Made by a program: the position numbers and the translations under genes. Source: an uncultured Lachnospiraceae bacterium (GTDB taxonomy: Bacteria > Bacillota > Clostridia > Lachnospirales > Anaerotignaceae). Taken from it: 64,000 bases of DNA. Below the pieces are notes generated by a model. That model was not told the DNA's origin. It ran no database searches and worked only from the letters and a program-made list of their open reading frames with translations. Of this stretch, positions 39,289 to 48,695 are shown in pieces; the first letter of the stretch is position 1; every line of letters starts with the position of its first letter. The stretch covers positions 425 through 64,424 of the forward strand of contig CALWRB010000034.1 in NCBI GenBank assembly GCA_944383855.1, in the 5' to 3' direction.

Positions 39289-39357
39289 CCTTTTCTTAAA
39301 AATGTCCTTTGATTTTTGATGTATATAATTGTTTTGTTTCCTAACGTGAGTGAATGA

Positions 39358-40392
39358 TCAAGGTTTCAATACAACCTTGCCGCATTTGCCCTGTTCCATC
39401 AGTTCCAAACCTTTCTCAAATTCTTCCAGAGGAAGCACATGAGTAATTACTTTGCTGATATCCAGACCGGCAGCAAACAAGCCTTTCATTCTTTCCCATG
39501 TTCTGGGAATTTCTCTGCCGGAGATGCCTTTCAGGCAAATACCTTTTGTTACAAAGTTTTCCCAAGGCAGTTCTACAGGTTTCGGACCGAGACCTGCAGC
39601 AACGATATAGCCATCGGGTTTTACATAATCAATCGCTGTCTGGATTGCGCCTGCGTTACCGGAGAAATCCAGTACCACATCAACGCCCAAACCGCCGCTG
39701 ATTTCTTTCACGCGAGCAACAGTATCCTCTTTTACAGGATTTACGATTGCATCTGCGCCCATTTCCAGAGCCATCTGCGCACGCTGCTCATTCAATTCGA
39801 TCGCAATGATCTGTGCAGCACCCAGTGTTCTTGCCACTGCAACACCCATACATCCAATAGGACCGCAGCCGATCACAGCTACTTTCTTCGTGGAGATAGG
39901 GAATTCCATTGCAGCATGAACCGCTACACCCAGAGGTTCCATCAGTGCCAACTGCTCGATCGGCATAGAGGGATCGCATTTGTTGACTGCAGTCTCAGGA
40001 ATGCAGATATATTCAGCAAATGCACCATCGCGCATAACACCGATTACCTGTGTGTTGTAGCATACGTCAGAATGACCGTTCAGGCAAAGATCGCAGGTGC
40101 CGCAAACCAGATGTGAATCGGAGTTTACGATATCGCCAACCTTAACGGAAGTTACACACTTGCCAACCTTTGCAACTTCACCGGCATATTCATGGCCCAT
40201 GATGGTAGGCGGATTCATTCTTTTCTGGGAATATTCATCCCAATGTCTGATATGTACGTCTGTACCGCAAACAGCAACAGCCTTTACACGGATCAAGACA
40301 TCGAAATCGCCTACTTCAGGCACCGGTCTTGTGGTAAGAACCACATGACCTTCGCCTTTTTCTTCTTTCACAACGCATTTCATCATATCCAT
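39358..40392 (-). CDS. Zinc-dependent medium-chain dehydrogenase, L-threonine 3-dehydrogenase / polyol dehydrogenase-like
   Basis: AVCGTDVHIRHWDEYSQKRMNPPTIMGHEYAGEV resembles Tdh. Also has structural-Zn cysteines (CGTCDLCLNGHSDVC) and GCGPIG for NAD binding. Confidence 0.85.
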   Translation of the reverse strand: MDMMKCVVKEEKGEGHVVLTTRPVPEVGDFDVLIRVKAVAVCGTDVHIRHWDEYSQKRMNPPTIMGHEYAGEVAKVGKCVTSVKVGDIVNSDSHLVCGTCDLCLNGHSDVCYNTQVIGVMRDGAFAEYICIPETAVNKCDPSMPIEQLALMEPLGVAVHAAMEFPISTKKVAVIGCGPIGCMGVAVARTLGAAQIIAIELNEQRAQMALEMGADAIVNPVKEDTVARVKEISGGLGVDVVLDFSGNAGAIQTAIDYVKPDGYIVAAGLGPKPVELPWENFVTKGICLKGISGREIPRTWERMKGLFAAGLDISKVITHVLPLEEFEKGLELMEQGKCGKVVLKP

Positions 40393-40447
40393 CTATATCG
40401 TCCCCCTCATTTTTTATTCTACTTCAAGAACATCTACAAGTTTTGAA

Positions 40448-41725
40448 TTAAGCCTGACCCATCAATCTCGGGAAGAACATGGAGATAGGCTCGATGTATG
40501 TAATCAGCATCAGAGAAACGATACCTGCAATCAAGAAAGGAACAATATTTCTGCAGATTGTAGCTACACTGACATCGCCGCTCTTACATGCGACATACAA
40601 GTTGATACCTACAGGAGGCGTTACCAGACCGATCGCCATGTTAACTGTCAGGAATACACCGGCATGGATCAGGTTTACACCGATACCTGTCAATACGGGA
40701 GTGATAATAGGCAGCAGAATGTAGAATGCGGAGTTTGCATCCAAGAAGCAGCCTGCAATCAGGAAGATGATGTTGATGATGATCAGAATGATGATTCTGT
40801 TATCGCTGATGGACAGAATTGCGGAAGACAAGTCTGCTGCAACACCACTGGTTGTCATGATCCAAGCATATACTGCTGCTGTAGCAATGATGTACATAAC
40901 GGTTGCGGAAGAAACCGCAGCGTCAACGAATACATGGTACAGTTCTCTTGCGTGAATTTCTTTGTAGATAAATACACCTACGAACAGACCGTAGATAACG
41001 GATACACCTGCAGCTTCGGTAGGTGTGAAGATACCGCCGTAGATACCGCCCAGGATGATAACAGGCATCAACAGAGCCCAGAAAGCTTCTTTAAATGCTG
41101 CCCATCTTTCACCCCAGCTTGCTTTCGGCAGCATTTCGATCTTGTCGCCTCTGGAAGCGATCAACGCTGCTACAATGTAAGAAATACCAACCAAGATACC
41201 GGGGAAGATACCTGCACTGAACAGTGCACCAACGGAAGCACCGGTACAAGAAGCATATACAACGAATGCAATAGAAGGAGGAATGATGATACCGATTGCA
41301 CCGGAAGCACTCAGCAATGCGGAAGACATACCTCTGTCATAGCCCTGTTTTACCATTGCAGGGATCAGGATAGCGCCCAGAGCAGCTACAGTAGCGGGAC
41401 CGGAACCGGAGATCGCAGCGAAGAAGCAGCATACGATAACGCTTACGGAGATCATACCGCTCTTTCTGTGACCAACACAAGTACGTGCGAAGTTTACCAG
41501 TCTCTGAGAGATACCTGCATACTCCATGATGGAACCAGCCAATACGAAGAACGGGATAGCCAACAGGGAGAACTTACCAATAGATGCGTACATTACGTTC
41601 GGGAACATGGAGAACGCAAAACCACCTGCATATAATCCGATCAATGCGGTCAAACCAAGGGAAACCGCAATAGGAATGTTCAAAAATACGAATAAGAAAA
41701 ATGTTCCAAACAAAATCAGAGTCAT
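40448..41725 (-). CDS. dctM: TRAP transporter large permease (DctM family)
   Basis: 425 aa, 12 or more TM segments; overlaps the small-permease stop in an ATGA arrangement. Confidence 0.92.
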   Translation of the reverse strand: MTLILFGTFFLFVFLNIPIAVSLGLTALIGLYAGGFAFSMFPNVMYASIGKFSLLAIPFFVLAGSIMEYAGISQRLVNFARTCVGHRKSGMISVSVIVCCFFAAISGSGPATVAALGAILIPAMVKQGYDRGMSSALLSASGAIGIIIPPSIAFVVYASCTGASVGALFSAGIFPGILVGISYIVAALIASRGDKIEMLPKASWGERWAAFKEAFWALLMPVIILGGIYGGIFTPTEAAGVSVIYGLFVGVFIYKEIHARELYHVFVDAAVSSATVMYIIATAAVYAWIMTTSGVAADLSSAILSISDNRIIILIIINIIFLIAGCFLDANSAFYILLPIITPVLTGIGVNLIHAGVFLTVNMAIGLVTPPVGINLYVACKSGDVSVATICRNIVPFLIAGIVSLMLITYIEPISMFFPRLMGQA

Positions 41726-42222
41726 TATGCTACAGCTCCTTTCGCTTCGTTGTTCAGTCTTTTAAACTCACCGATACCGGCTTCAATGGAACGAATCAAG
41801 CAGAAGAAGCTGCCGACAGGGATAGAAAGACCCTGAACCCACATAGGCATATTCAACGCTGCTGTTCTGGAACCAAGAGCAACCTGGTTAGCAACATAAT
41901 CGATACCGCATTTCAGCAGAATTGCCATCAGCAAAGCAGAGCAGAACATGGAGAACAGTGCCATAAAAGGCTGTACTTTCTTAGGCATGTTATCCACAAC
42001 AAAGCTCATACCCAGGTGAGCAACTCTCTTGTAGCCTGCTGCAACACCGATCATAGATACCCAAACAAACGCTGTGATCGTAATTTCTTCTGTGAAAGAG
42101 AAAGAACTGGCCAGCGCATATCTTGCAACAACGTTAATAAAGTTCATAACTGCCATGAAGGCAAATAAAATAACCAGGATGAATTCCTCAAGTTTAGACC
42201 AACCGGCTAATAAAAATTTCAT
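41725..42222 (-). CDS. dctQ: TRAP transporter small permease (DctQ family)
   Basis: About 165 aa, four TM segments. Start taken as the ATG at 42222, 6-7 nt after GAGGTG. Confidence 0.85.
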   Translation of the reverse strand: MKFLLAGWSKLEEFILVILFAFMAVMNFINVVARYALASSFSFTEEITITAFVWVSMIGVAAGYKRVAHLGMSFVVDNMPKKVQPFMALFSMFCSALLMAILLKCGIDYVANQVALGSRTAALNMPMWVQGLSIPVGSFFCLIRSIEAGIGEFKRLNNEAKGAVA

Positions 42223-42421
42223 ATGCACACCTCATTTTCAAATACGTTTTAATTCTTAAAAAAATATAATTGCTTCTTTCGTATTTGGAGCACTTCATTG
42301 CCCTAAGCGTAAACAGCTTGTTCGGACAAGTCTTTTGTAAATCCTGTTAGTTGTATTACAACCTTTTTCTTGGAATAGGCGGAGAGTATCCCCTCCGCCT
42401 GTGTAATTCAGTTACTGAAAA

Positions 42422-43465
42422 TTATTCGAATGTGTAGCCGAATGCTGCGAATACTTCATCAGTAATCTGTTCTCTGTAGTCATCATAGATAGGAGCAACC
42501 ATATCTTTGAATGCCTGTACTTCTTCATCTGTCAGATCTGTAATTGTCATGCCGTTTTCTTCCATCATAGCAAAGTTAGCATCGTCTGCTGCTCTGGAAG
42601 CTTCGATTTCAGCTGCGCAAGCTGCATCTGCGCATTCCTGGAAGATTGCCTGTTCTTCTTCGCTCAGGCTATCCCACAGTTTCTGGCTGCATGTGAAGAT
42701 CAAGCAGTCATATGCATAGTTCCATCTTGTCAGGTAGCTCTGTACTTCGTACAGTTTGGAGGATACGATAGGGTCTGTAGGGTTTTCCTGACCATCGATT
42801 GTACCCTGCTGCAGAGCTGTGAATACTTCAGAGAATGTCATTACTGTAGGGTCAGCGCCCATCAGTGTGAATGTGTCAACCCAGCTGGAGATAGCAGGTA
42901 CACGAACTTTCAGACCAGCCAAGTCAGCAGGAGTCTTGATTTCGTGTTTGCTGTTTGTTACGGAACGGAAACCGTTCTCAGCCAGACCCAGAACTTTAAC
43001 ACCCAGGGGCTCGATCAGGTCTTTCACCATCTGACCACCTTCGCCGTTGAACAGAATTGTGTCAACGTCTTCGTTTGTGGAGAAGATCCAAGGCATTGTT
43101 ACAACATACAGCTTGGGTTCATAGTTTGTGTAGTTTGTGATAGAACGCAGGTCCAGGTCAACTGTGCCGTCCAGGATCATCTGTGTGCCCTGGTCCATAG
43201 CGCCACCTGCCAACTGGTCATTTGCATAGAGAGCTACTGTGTATTTGCCATCTGTTGCTTCGCTCAGCAATTCACCGAAAGTTTCGCCTGCAACACGCCA
43301 TACGCTTGTTTCGGATGTTGTGTAGCTCATTTTCAGTTCTACTGCTTCGCCGCTTGTGCTGCCGCCTTCTTCTCCGCCTTCATTGGAGCTGGAGCTGGAG
43401 CCGCAACCTGCCATTGCAAATGCCATCATTGCGCAGAGAGCACCTGCTAAAAATCTCTTTTTCAT
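42422..43465 (-). CDS. dctP: TRAP transporter solute-binding lipoprotein (DctP family)
   Basis: Lipobox MAFAMAGCGSS. DctP-family motif ENGFRSVTN contains the carboxylate-binding arginine. Confidence 0.9.
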   Translation of the reverse strand: MKKRFLAGALCAMMAFAMAGCGSSSSSNEGGEEGGSTSGEAVELKMSYTTSETSVWRVAGETFGELLSEATDGKYTVALYANDQLAGGAMDQGTQMILDGTVDLDLRSITNYTNYEPKLYVVTMPWIFSTNEDVDTILFNGEGGQMVKDLIEPLGVKVLGLAENGFRSVTNSKHEIKTPADLAGLKVRVPAISSWVDTFTLMGADPTVMTFSEVFTALQQGTIDGQENPTDPIVSSKLYEVQSYLTRWNYAYDCLIFTCSQKLWDSLSEEEQAIFQECADAACAAEIEASRAADDANFAMMEENGMTITDLTDEEVQAFKDMVAPIYDDYREQITDEVFAAFGYTFE

Positions 43466-43706
43466 TTCGTGTTACCTCCCTCATTTTTCAATTTCTTGAA
43501 TAAGTTGCCTTTCATCTATATTCCTTGTTCTCCCCGCAGAGTGCCTCTATTCAATCCGCGAAAAAACCAATTCTATAGACCGTCTTTTGTCTTTTTTGTC
43601 TTTTTACGATTTCATATGTAAAAAGTTCTCTTTTGTTGTCATACTTGTGTGATAAGTATATCGAAAAAAGCTCCCGGCCATAAGGCTGGTCATCTTTTTT
43701 TCCGAC

Positions 43707-44399
43707 TCAATGGCTGAAGTATGCTACCTGATAATAGGTATTATCATTGTAGACATGATCCTTCGCCTGTTTTGCCTTTTTCTCTTTCAGATAAGTATAA
43801 TATTCGAAATGTTCTTCTGCTAAAAGTTCCAAAGGCTTACTTGTCATACGAATGATCTCTACCATATAATGATAGAATAAATCTTTATTGGCTTCCATCG
43901 CTTTCCATAAGAAAGAATTCTTTGCGGCTTTGATCACCGTCATATGAAACTCGATGTCGTAATCCACGAATGCTTTTTTATCTCCGCCCACATTGCGCAT
44001 TTTTTCCACCAATGCCAACAGATGATCTTCTTCTTCTTTGGTTGCCCGTCTGACGAAAAAATCCACAGCTTTAAATTCGATCGCCTGGCGAAACTCGAAA
44101 AACTCCATAAATTGTTCGCTGGTAATGTCCGAAGCCTGCAGGATCTCTGTTTTTTCATCATCTAATGTATGCTTGTGCACAAAAGATCCAACGCCCTGCA
44201 TCGTCACGACAATACCGCTCCCCTGCAATTTTTGCAGCGCCGCACGCACACTGGCACGGCTGACTTGAAACATTTTACACAACTGACTTTCTGACGGTAA
44301 TTTTTCCCCAACGGACCATTCACCTTCTGAAATACGATGCAGGATCTGATTATAGACTTCATCGCTCAGCGATAATCTGCCTTTGCTGTATCGGTCCAT
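43707..44399 (-). CDS. GntR-family (FadR/FCD subfamily) transcriptional regulator
   Basis: wHTH LPSESQLCKMFQVSRASVRAALQKLQ plus a helical FCD-type C-terminus. Start set to the ATG at 44399, 9 nt after AAGGAG. Confidence 0.9.
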   Translation of the reverse strand: MDRYSKGRLSLSDEVYNQILHRISEGEWSVGEKLPSESQLCKMFQVSRASVRAALQKLQGSGIVVTMQGVGSFVHKHTLDDEKTEILQASDITSEQFMEFFEFRQAIEFKAVDFFVRRATKEEEDHLLALVEKMRNVGGDKKAFVDYDIEFHMTVIKAAKNSFLWKAMEANKDLFYHYMVEIIRMTSKPLELLAEEHFEYYTYLKEKKAKQAKDHVYNDNTYYQVAYFSH

Positions 44400-44535
44400 A
44401 ATATCGTACTCCTTTTCCAAAAAAATACGACTTTCCCCAAAGTCATACTCAAACTTTACCCTCTATACTGCTCTGTCCATACGCCTCCCACATCGGTAGT
44501 CCTATAATATGTACATTGCTATGTTACAACTAAAT

Positions 44536-44551
44536 GTATTACTTGTAATAT
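44536..44551. promoter_or_regulatory. Candidate GntR operator in the regulator's own promoter
   Basis: GTATTACTTGTAATAT is a GT-N3-AC type inverted repeat. Related copies occur at 43638..43653 (GTCATACTTGTGTGAT, upstream of dctP) and 42351..42361 (TTGTATTACAA, upstream of dctQ). Confidence 0.45.
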
Positions 44552-44881
44552 AAGTTATCATAAAATCGCGTTTACGGTCAAGGTGGATTTTGTACAAATT
44601 AGGGTATGCAATATCGTGCAAAACTCCCTGTCAAAAAAATACGATTCTAATATTGTATAAAATCACTTGTCCTGTTTCAAATTTCCAATAATTCATGGGT
44701 AAAATCCGAGGCGTTTTTGGTTGAAATATACAATTTTAAACTTCTTTGGTAAAAAAAGTCAAATATTTTCTTTACGCTCTCCTATCATACAAGAAACCCT
44801 CATCGGGAGAGAACGGCCACCGTCGAGCAGAAGAAATTGTACCATACTTTTACGCTCTTGCCAATACCTGTTTATCAGATC

Positions 44882-44926
44882 AAAAAAACAGGAGTTATCG
44901 GGTTTTGAAAACCTTTTAACTCCTGT
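44882..44926 (-). terminator. Rho-independent terminator of the purine operon
   Basis: Minus strand reads CAGGAGTTA-aaaggttttcaaaacccga-TAACTCCTG followed by TTTTTTT. Confidence 0.8.
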
Positions 44927-45003
44927 CGCTGTTTGCGGATCGGACGACAAATTCTTTCAATCCTGAAAAAAGAAACTTTCGTCTTGATCGCGTATTTTTA
45001 TCC

Positions 45004-48000
45004 TTATTTATAATACTCCGCAGCGGAACGGAACAGCTGCATATCGTAGTTTCCTTCCACATTCTGATACAATCCGTTGCCGATACGCTCAGAATGCCCC
45101 ATTTTGCCCAGCACGCGACCGTCCGGGGAGATCAGACCCTCGATGGCGCAAATGGAACCGTTGGGATTATACTGGATTTCGTTGGTCGGCATACCGTCCG
45201 CATTCACATACTGCGTAATGATCTGTCCGTTTGCCGCCATCTGTTCCACCAATTCCATACTTGCCAAAAGTCTGCCCTCGCCGTGAGAGATCGGCACAGT
45301 GAAAATATCACCGACTGATACATTTTTCAGCCAAGGGGAAGCATTGGAGGCAACTCTTGTGCGAACCAGTTTAGACTGGTGTCTGCCGATGGTATTGTAA
45401 GAAAGTGTCGGACAATTTTCATCGGTATCGATGATTTTGCCGTAAGGCACCAATCCCAGTTTGATCAATGCCTGGAAACCGTTGCAGATACCGCACATCA
45501 GACCGTCACGTTTTTCCAGCAATTCCGCCACAGCCTCTTTGATTTCGGGGTTGCGGAAGAAAGCGGTAATAAATTTACCGGAACCGTCAGGCTCGTCGCC
45601 GCCGGAGAAACCCCCGGGGATAAATACAATCTGGCTCTGACGCAGTTTTTGCGCAAATACTTCCACAGACTCAGCAATATCAGATGCTGTCAGATTACGT
45701 ACAACAAAGATTTCCGCCGCAGCGCCTGCCCTTTCGACCGCCTTTGCGGAGTCATACTCACAGTTGGTACCGGGGAATGCAGGAATCAGCACCTTCGGCT
45801 TTGCAAACTGCAGTGTGGACTTCGGAATCACCTTTGCTGTATAGGAAAATGCAGGGATCTCCTCTTTTTCCGTCGGGATATTGCAAGGGAATACAGGTTC
45901 CAGTTTGTTTTCGTACAATTCTTCCAATTCTGCCAGAGAAAGTGTTTCTCCACAGCCGCAAATAGCGGTTTCCGTAGTGGTATGACCGATTTTTCTGCCC
46001 ACCGCAACCGGTTCTGTCACTTCCAGCAGGAAAGAACCGTACGCATAGCCAAACAATTCCTCTGTTGTCACATCTTCCCGGTAAGTAAAACCGATCGCAT
46101 TGCCGATCGCCATTTTCAGGATAGCTTCTGCCACACCGCCGAATGTAGGCGTGTATGCAGCAGCCACTTTGCCTTCCCGCATCAGGGCATTTACCTGTGC
46201 AAACACTGCTTTCAGCGACTCGGCTGCCGGCAGACCGTTTTGATCGTATTCCGGTTTCAGCCAGATCACATCATGCCCTGCCGCCTTAAACTCGGGAGAA
46301 ATAATATGGTCGATATTCTCCGTTGTCACAGCAAAAGAAACCAGTGTGGGAGGCACATCAATATGCTCAAATGTGCCGCTCATGGAATCTTTTCCGCCGA
46401 TGGCAGCGATCTCCAATTCTTTCTGCGCCATAAACGCACCCAGCAGAGCCGCCAGAGGCTTGCCCCAACGCTTGCCGTCACGCATGGGTTTTTCAAAATA
46501 CTCTTGGAAAGACAGATAAACGTCCTCAAATTTCGCGCCGGTCGCCACTAATTTCGCAGCGGATTCCACTACCGCAAGGTATGCGCTGTGATAAGGGCTT
46601 TTCTCCGCGATATAAGGGTTATACCCCCAGCTCATCAAAGAGCAGGTTTTGGTATCTTTTTTCTCCGCGGAAATTTTATTGACCATCGCCTGAATGGGTG
46701 TGCGCTGTCTTTTGCCGCCAAAAGGCATCAGAACAGTGCCCGCGCCGATGGTAGAATCAAAACGCTCGGAAAGACCGCGTTTGGAGCAAACATTCAAGTC
46801 CTGTGCCAACGCGCGGTAGTTTTCGCCGAAGCTGCCGCTTACTTCCTTTGCAAAGGAAAGCGGTGCCGCAGGTGTAATATCGATGTGTTTTTCCGCACCG
46901 TTGGAATCCAAAAATTCTCTGGAGATGTTCACGATGTTTTTACCGTTCCAATGCATGATCAGGTACGGTTTTTCCTTGACTTCCGCCACAATGGTCGCTT
47001 CCAGATTTTCCAAAGAAGCCAGTTCGCAGAAGCGTTTCGCATCTTTTGCTTCTACCACAACAGCCATTCTCTCCTGAGATTCACTGATCGCAAGCTCCGT
47101 ACCGTCCAGACCATCGTATTTTTTGGGAACGGCATTCAGATCGATCTCTAAGCCGTCCGCCAATTCACCGATCGCAACGGATACGCCGCCCGCACCAAAG
47201 TCATTGCAGCGTTTAATCAATAAAGATGCCTCTTTGTTGCGGAACAGACGTTGCAGTTTTCTTTCTTCAGGCGCATTGCCTTTTTGTACCTCTGCGCCGC
47301 AGCTTTCCAAAGATTCCATCGTATGAGATTTGGAAGAACCTGTTGCGCCGCCGCAGCCATCTCTGCCGGTACGTCCGCCCAGCAAAATTACCAAATCGCC
47401 GTCCGCAGGGCGTTCTCTGCGCACATTTTCCGCAGGAGCCGCTGCAATAACAGCGCCGATCTCCATTCTCTTTGCCACATAACCGTCATGATACAGCTCG
47501 TCTACCTGTCCGGTCGCAAGCCCGATCTGGTTGCCGTAAGAGCTGTAGCCTGCCGCCGCCGTGGTAACGATCTTTCTTTGGGGCAGTTTGCCCTGAATGG
47601 TTTCGCTGACAGGTTTCAGCGGGTCTGCCGCGCCGGTCAGACGCATCGCGGCATACACATAGGAACGACCGGAAAGCGGGTCACGAATCGCACCGCCCAC
47701 GCAGGTTGCCGCACCGCCAAAGGGTTCGATCTCTGTAGGGTGGTTATGCGTTTCATTTTTAAATAACAACAGCCATTTTTCCATGCCTTCCGATGTTTCA
47801 ACGTCTACTTTTACCGTGCAGGCATTGATTTCCTCGGATTCGTCCAATTTTTGCAGTTTGCCCTCTTTTTTCAGATATTTCGCTACGATCGTACCAATAT
47901 CCATCAGGTTAATGGGCTTGGTTCTGCCGATTTCTTTTCTGGTGCGGATATATTCGTCATACGCTTGCTGTAACAGTTCGTCTTCAAATGTTACACTGTC

Positions 48001-48693
48001 GATCGTTGTCAAAAATGTCGTATGACGGCAGTGGTCGGACCAATAAGTATCGATCACCTTGATTTCCGTAATGGTAGGGTTTCTGTCCTCTTTTTGGAAA
48101 TACGCCTGGCAGAACTTCAGATCGTCCAAATCCATCGCCAGACCCATATCGTGCAAAAGTTGCTCCAATCCCGCTTCGTCCAGATCATTGAAACCGTCCA
48201 GTACCGCAACTTCGGTCGGAATATCATAGCTTACCGCTAATGTATCGTAGTTTTCCAGAGAAGCTTCTCTTGCTTCCACAGGGTTGATGACATATTTCTT
48301 GACTGCCGCCAATTCCTCAGCGGAAAGCTTTCCATATAATAGATATACCTTCGCAGTGCGCACCAGAGGACGCTCCTGTTTGGAAATGATCTGAATACAT
48401 TCCGCCGCAGAGTTAGCGCGCTGATCAAACTGGCCGGGCAGATATTCCACTGCAAAAATCGCAGCGTCCTGCGCATCGAAATCGGAAGAAATATGATCTA
48501 CCTGCGGTTCGGAAAATACTGTCGTCTTGCAAGCTTCAAACAATGCCTCGTCAATATTTTCCACATCATAACGATTCAGTATCCGCACCTTTTCCAGCCC
48601 TTTGATCTGCACTACATTGACCAGATCGCCTAACAGCGCAGCTGCTTCCGCCGCCAGATGCGGCTTTTTTTCTACATATACTCTGTAAACCAT
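45004..48693 (-). CDS. purL: Phosphoribosylformylglycinamidine (FGAM) synthase, single-chain large form (PurS-PurL-PurQ fused)
   Basis: 1229 aa with AIR-synthase-related domains and a C-terminal glutamine amidotransferase (GICNGFQALIKLG...HGEG). Confidence 0.93.
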   Translation of the reverse strand: MVYRVYVEKKPHLAAEAAALLGDLVNVVQIKGLEKVRILNRYDVENIDEALFEACKTTVFSEPQVDHISSDFDAQDAAIFAVEYLPGQFDQRANSAAECIQIISKQERPLVRTAKVYLLYGKLSAEELAAVKKYVINPVEAREASLENYDTLAVSYDIPTEVAVLDGFNDLDEAGLEQLLHDMGLAMDLDDLKFCQAYFQKEDRNPTITEIKVIDTYWSDHCRHTTFLTTIDSVTFEDELLQQAYDEYIRTRKEIGRTKPINLMDIGTIVAKYLKKEGKLQKLDESEEINACTVKVDVETSEGMEKWLLLFKNETHNHPTEIEPFGGAATCVGGAIRDPLSGRSYVYAAMRLTGAADPLKPVSETIQGKLPQRKIVTTAAAGYSSYGNQIGLATGQVDELYHDGYVAKRMEIGAVIAAAPAENVRRERPADGDLVILLGGRTGRDGCGGATGSSKSHTMESLESCGAEVQKGNAPEERKLQRLFRNKEASLLIKRCNDFGAGGVSVAIGELADGLEIDLNAVPKKYDGLDGTELAISESQERMAVVVEAKDAKRFCELASLENLEATIVAEVKEKPYLIMHWNGKNIVNISREFLDSNGAEKHIDITPAAPLSFAKEVSGSFGENYRALAQDLNVCSKRGLSERFDSTIGAGTVLMPFGGKRQRTPIQAMVNKISAEKKDTKTCSLMSWGYNPYIAEKSPYHSAYLAVVESAAKLVATGAKFEDVYLSFQEYFEKPMRDGKRWGKPLAALLGAFMAQKELEIAAIGGKDSMSGTFEHIDVPPTLVSFAVTTENIDHIISPEFKAAGHDVIWLKPEYDQNGLPAAESLKAVFAQVNALMREGKVAAAYTPTFGGVAEAILKMAIGNAIGFTYREDVTTEELFGYAYGSFLLEVTEPVAVGRKIGHTTTETAICGCGETLSLAELEELYENKLEPVFPCNIPTEKEEIPAFSYTAKVIPKSTLQFAKPKVLIPAFPGTNCEYDSAKAVERAGAAAEIFVVRNLTASDIAESVEVFAQKLRQSQIVFIPGGFSGGDEPDGSGKFITAFFRNPEIKEAVAELLEKRDGLMCGICNGFQALIKLGLVPYGKIIDTDENCPTLSYNTIGRHQSKLVRTRVASNASPWLKNVSVGDIFTVPISHGEGRLLASMELVEQMAANGQIITQYVNADGMPTNEIQYNPNGSICAIEGLISPDGRVLGKMGHSERIGNGLYQNVEGNYDMQLFRSAAEYYK

Positions 48694-48695
48694 TC

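Noticed and set aside
44721-44966. 81-aa plus-strand ORF in the purL-GntR spacer
   Set aside because: It reads across the pur operon terminator hairpin, has no RBS and has an unremarkable composition.
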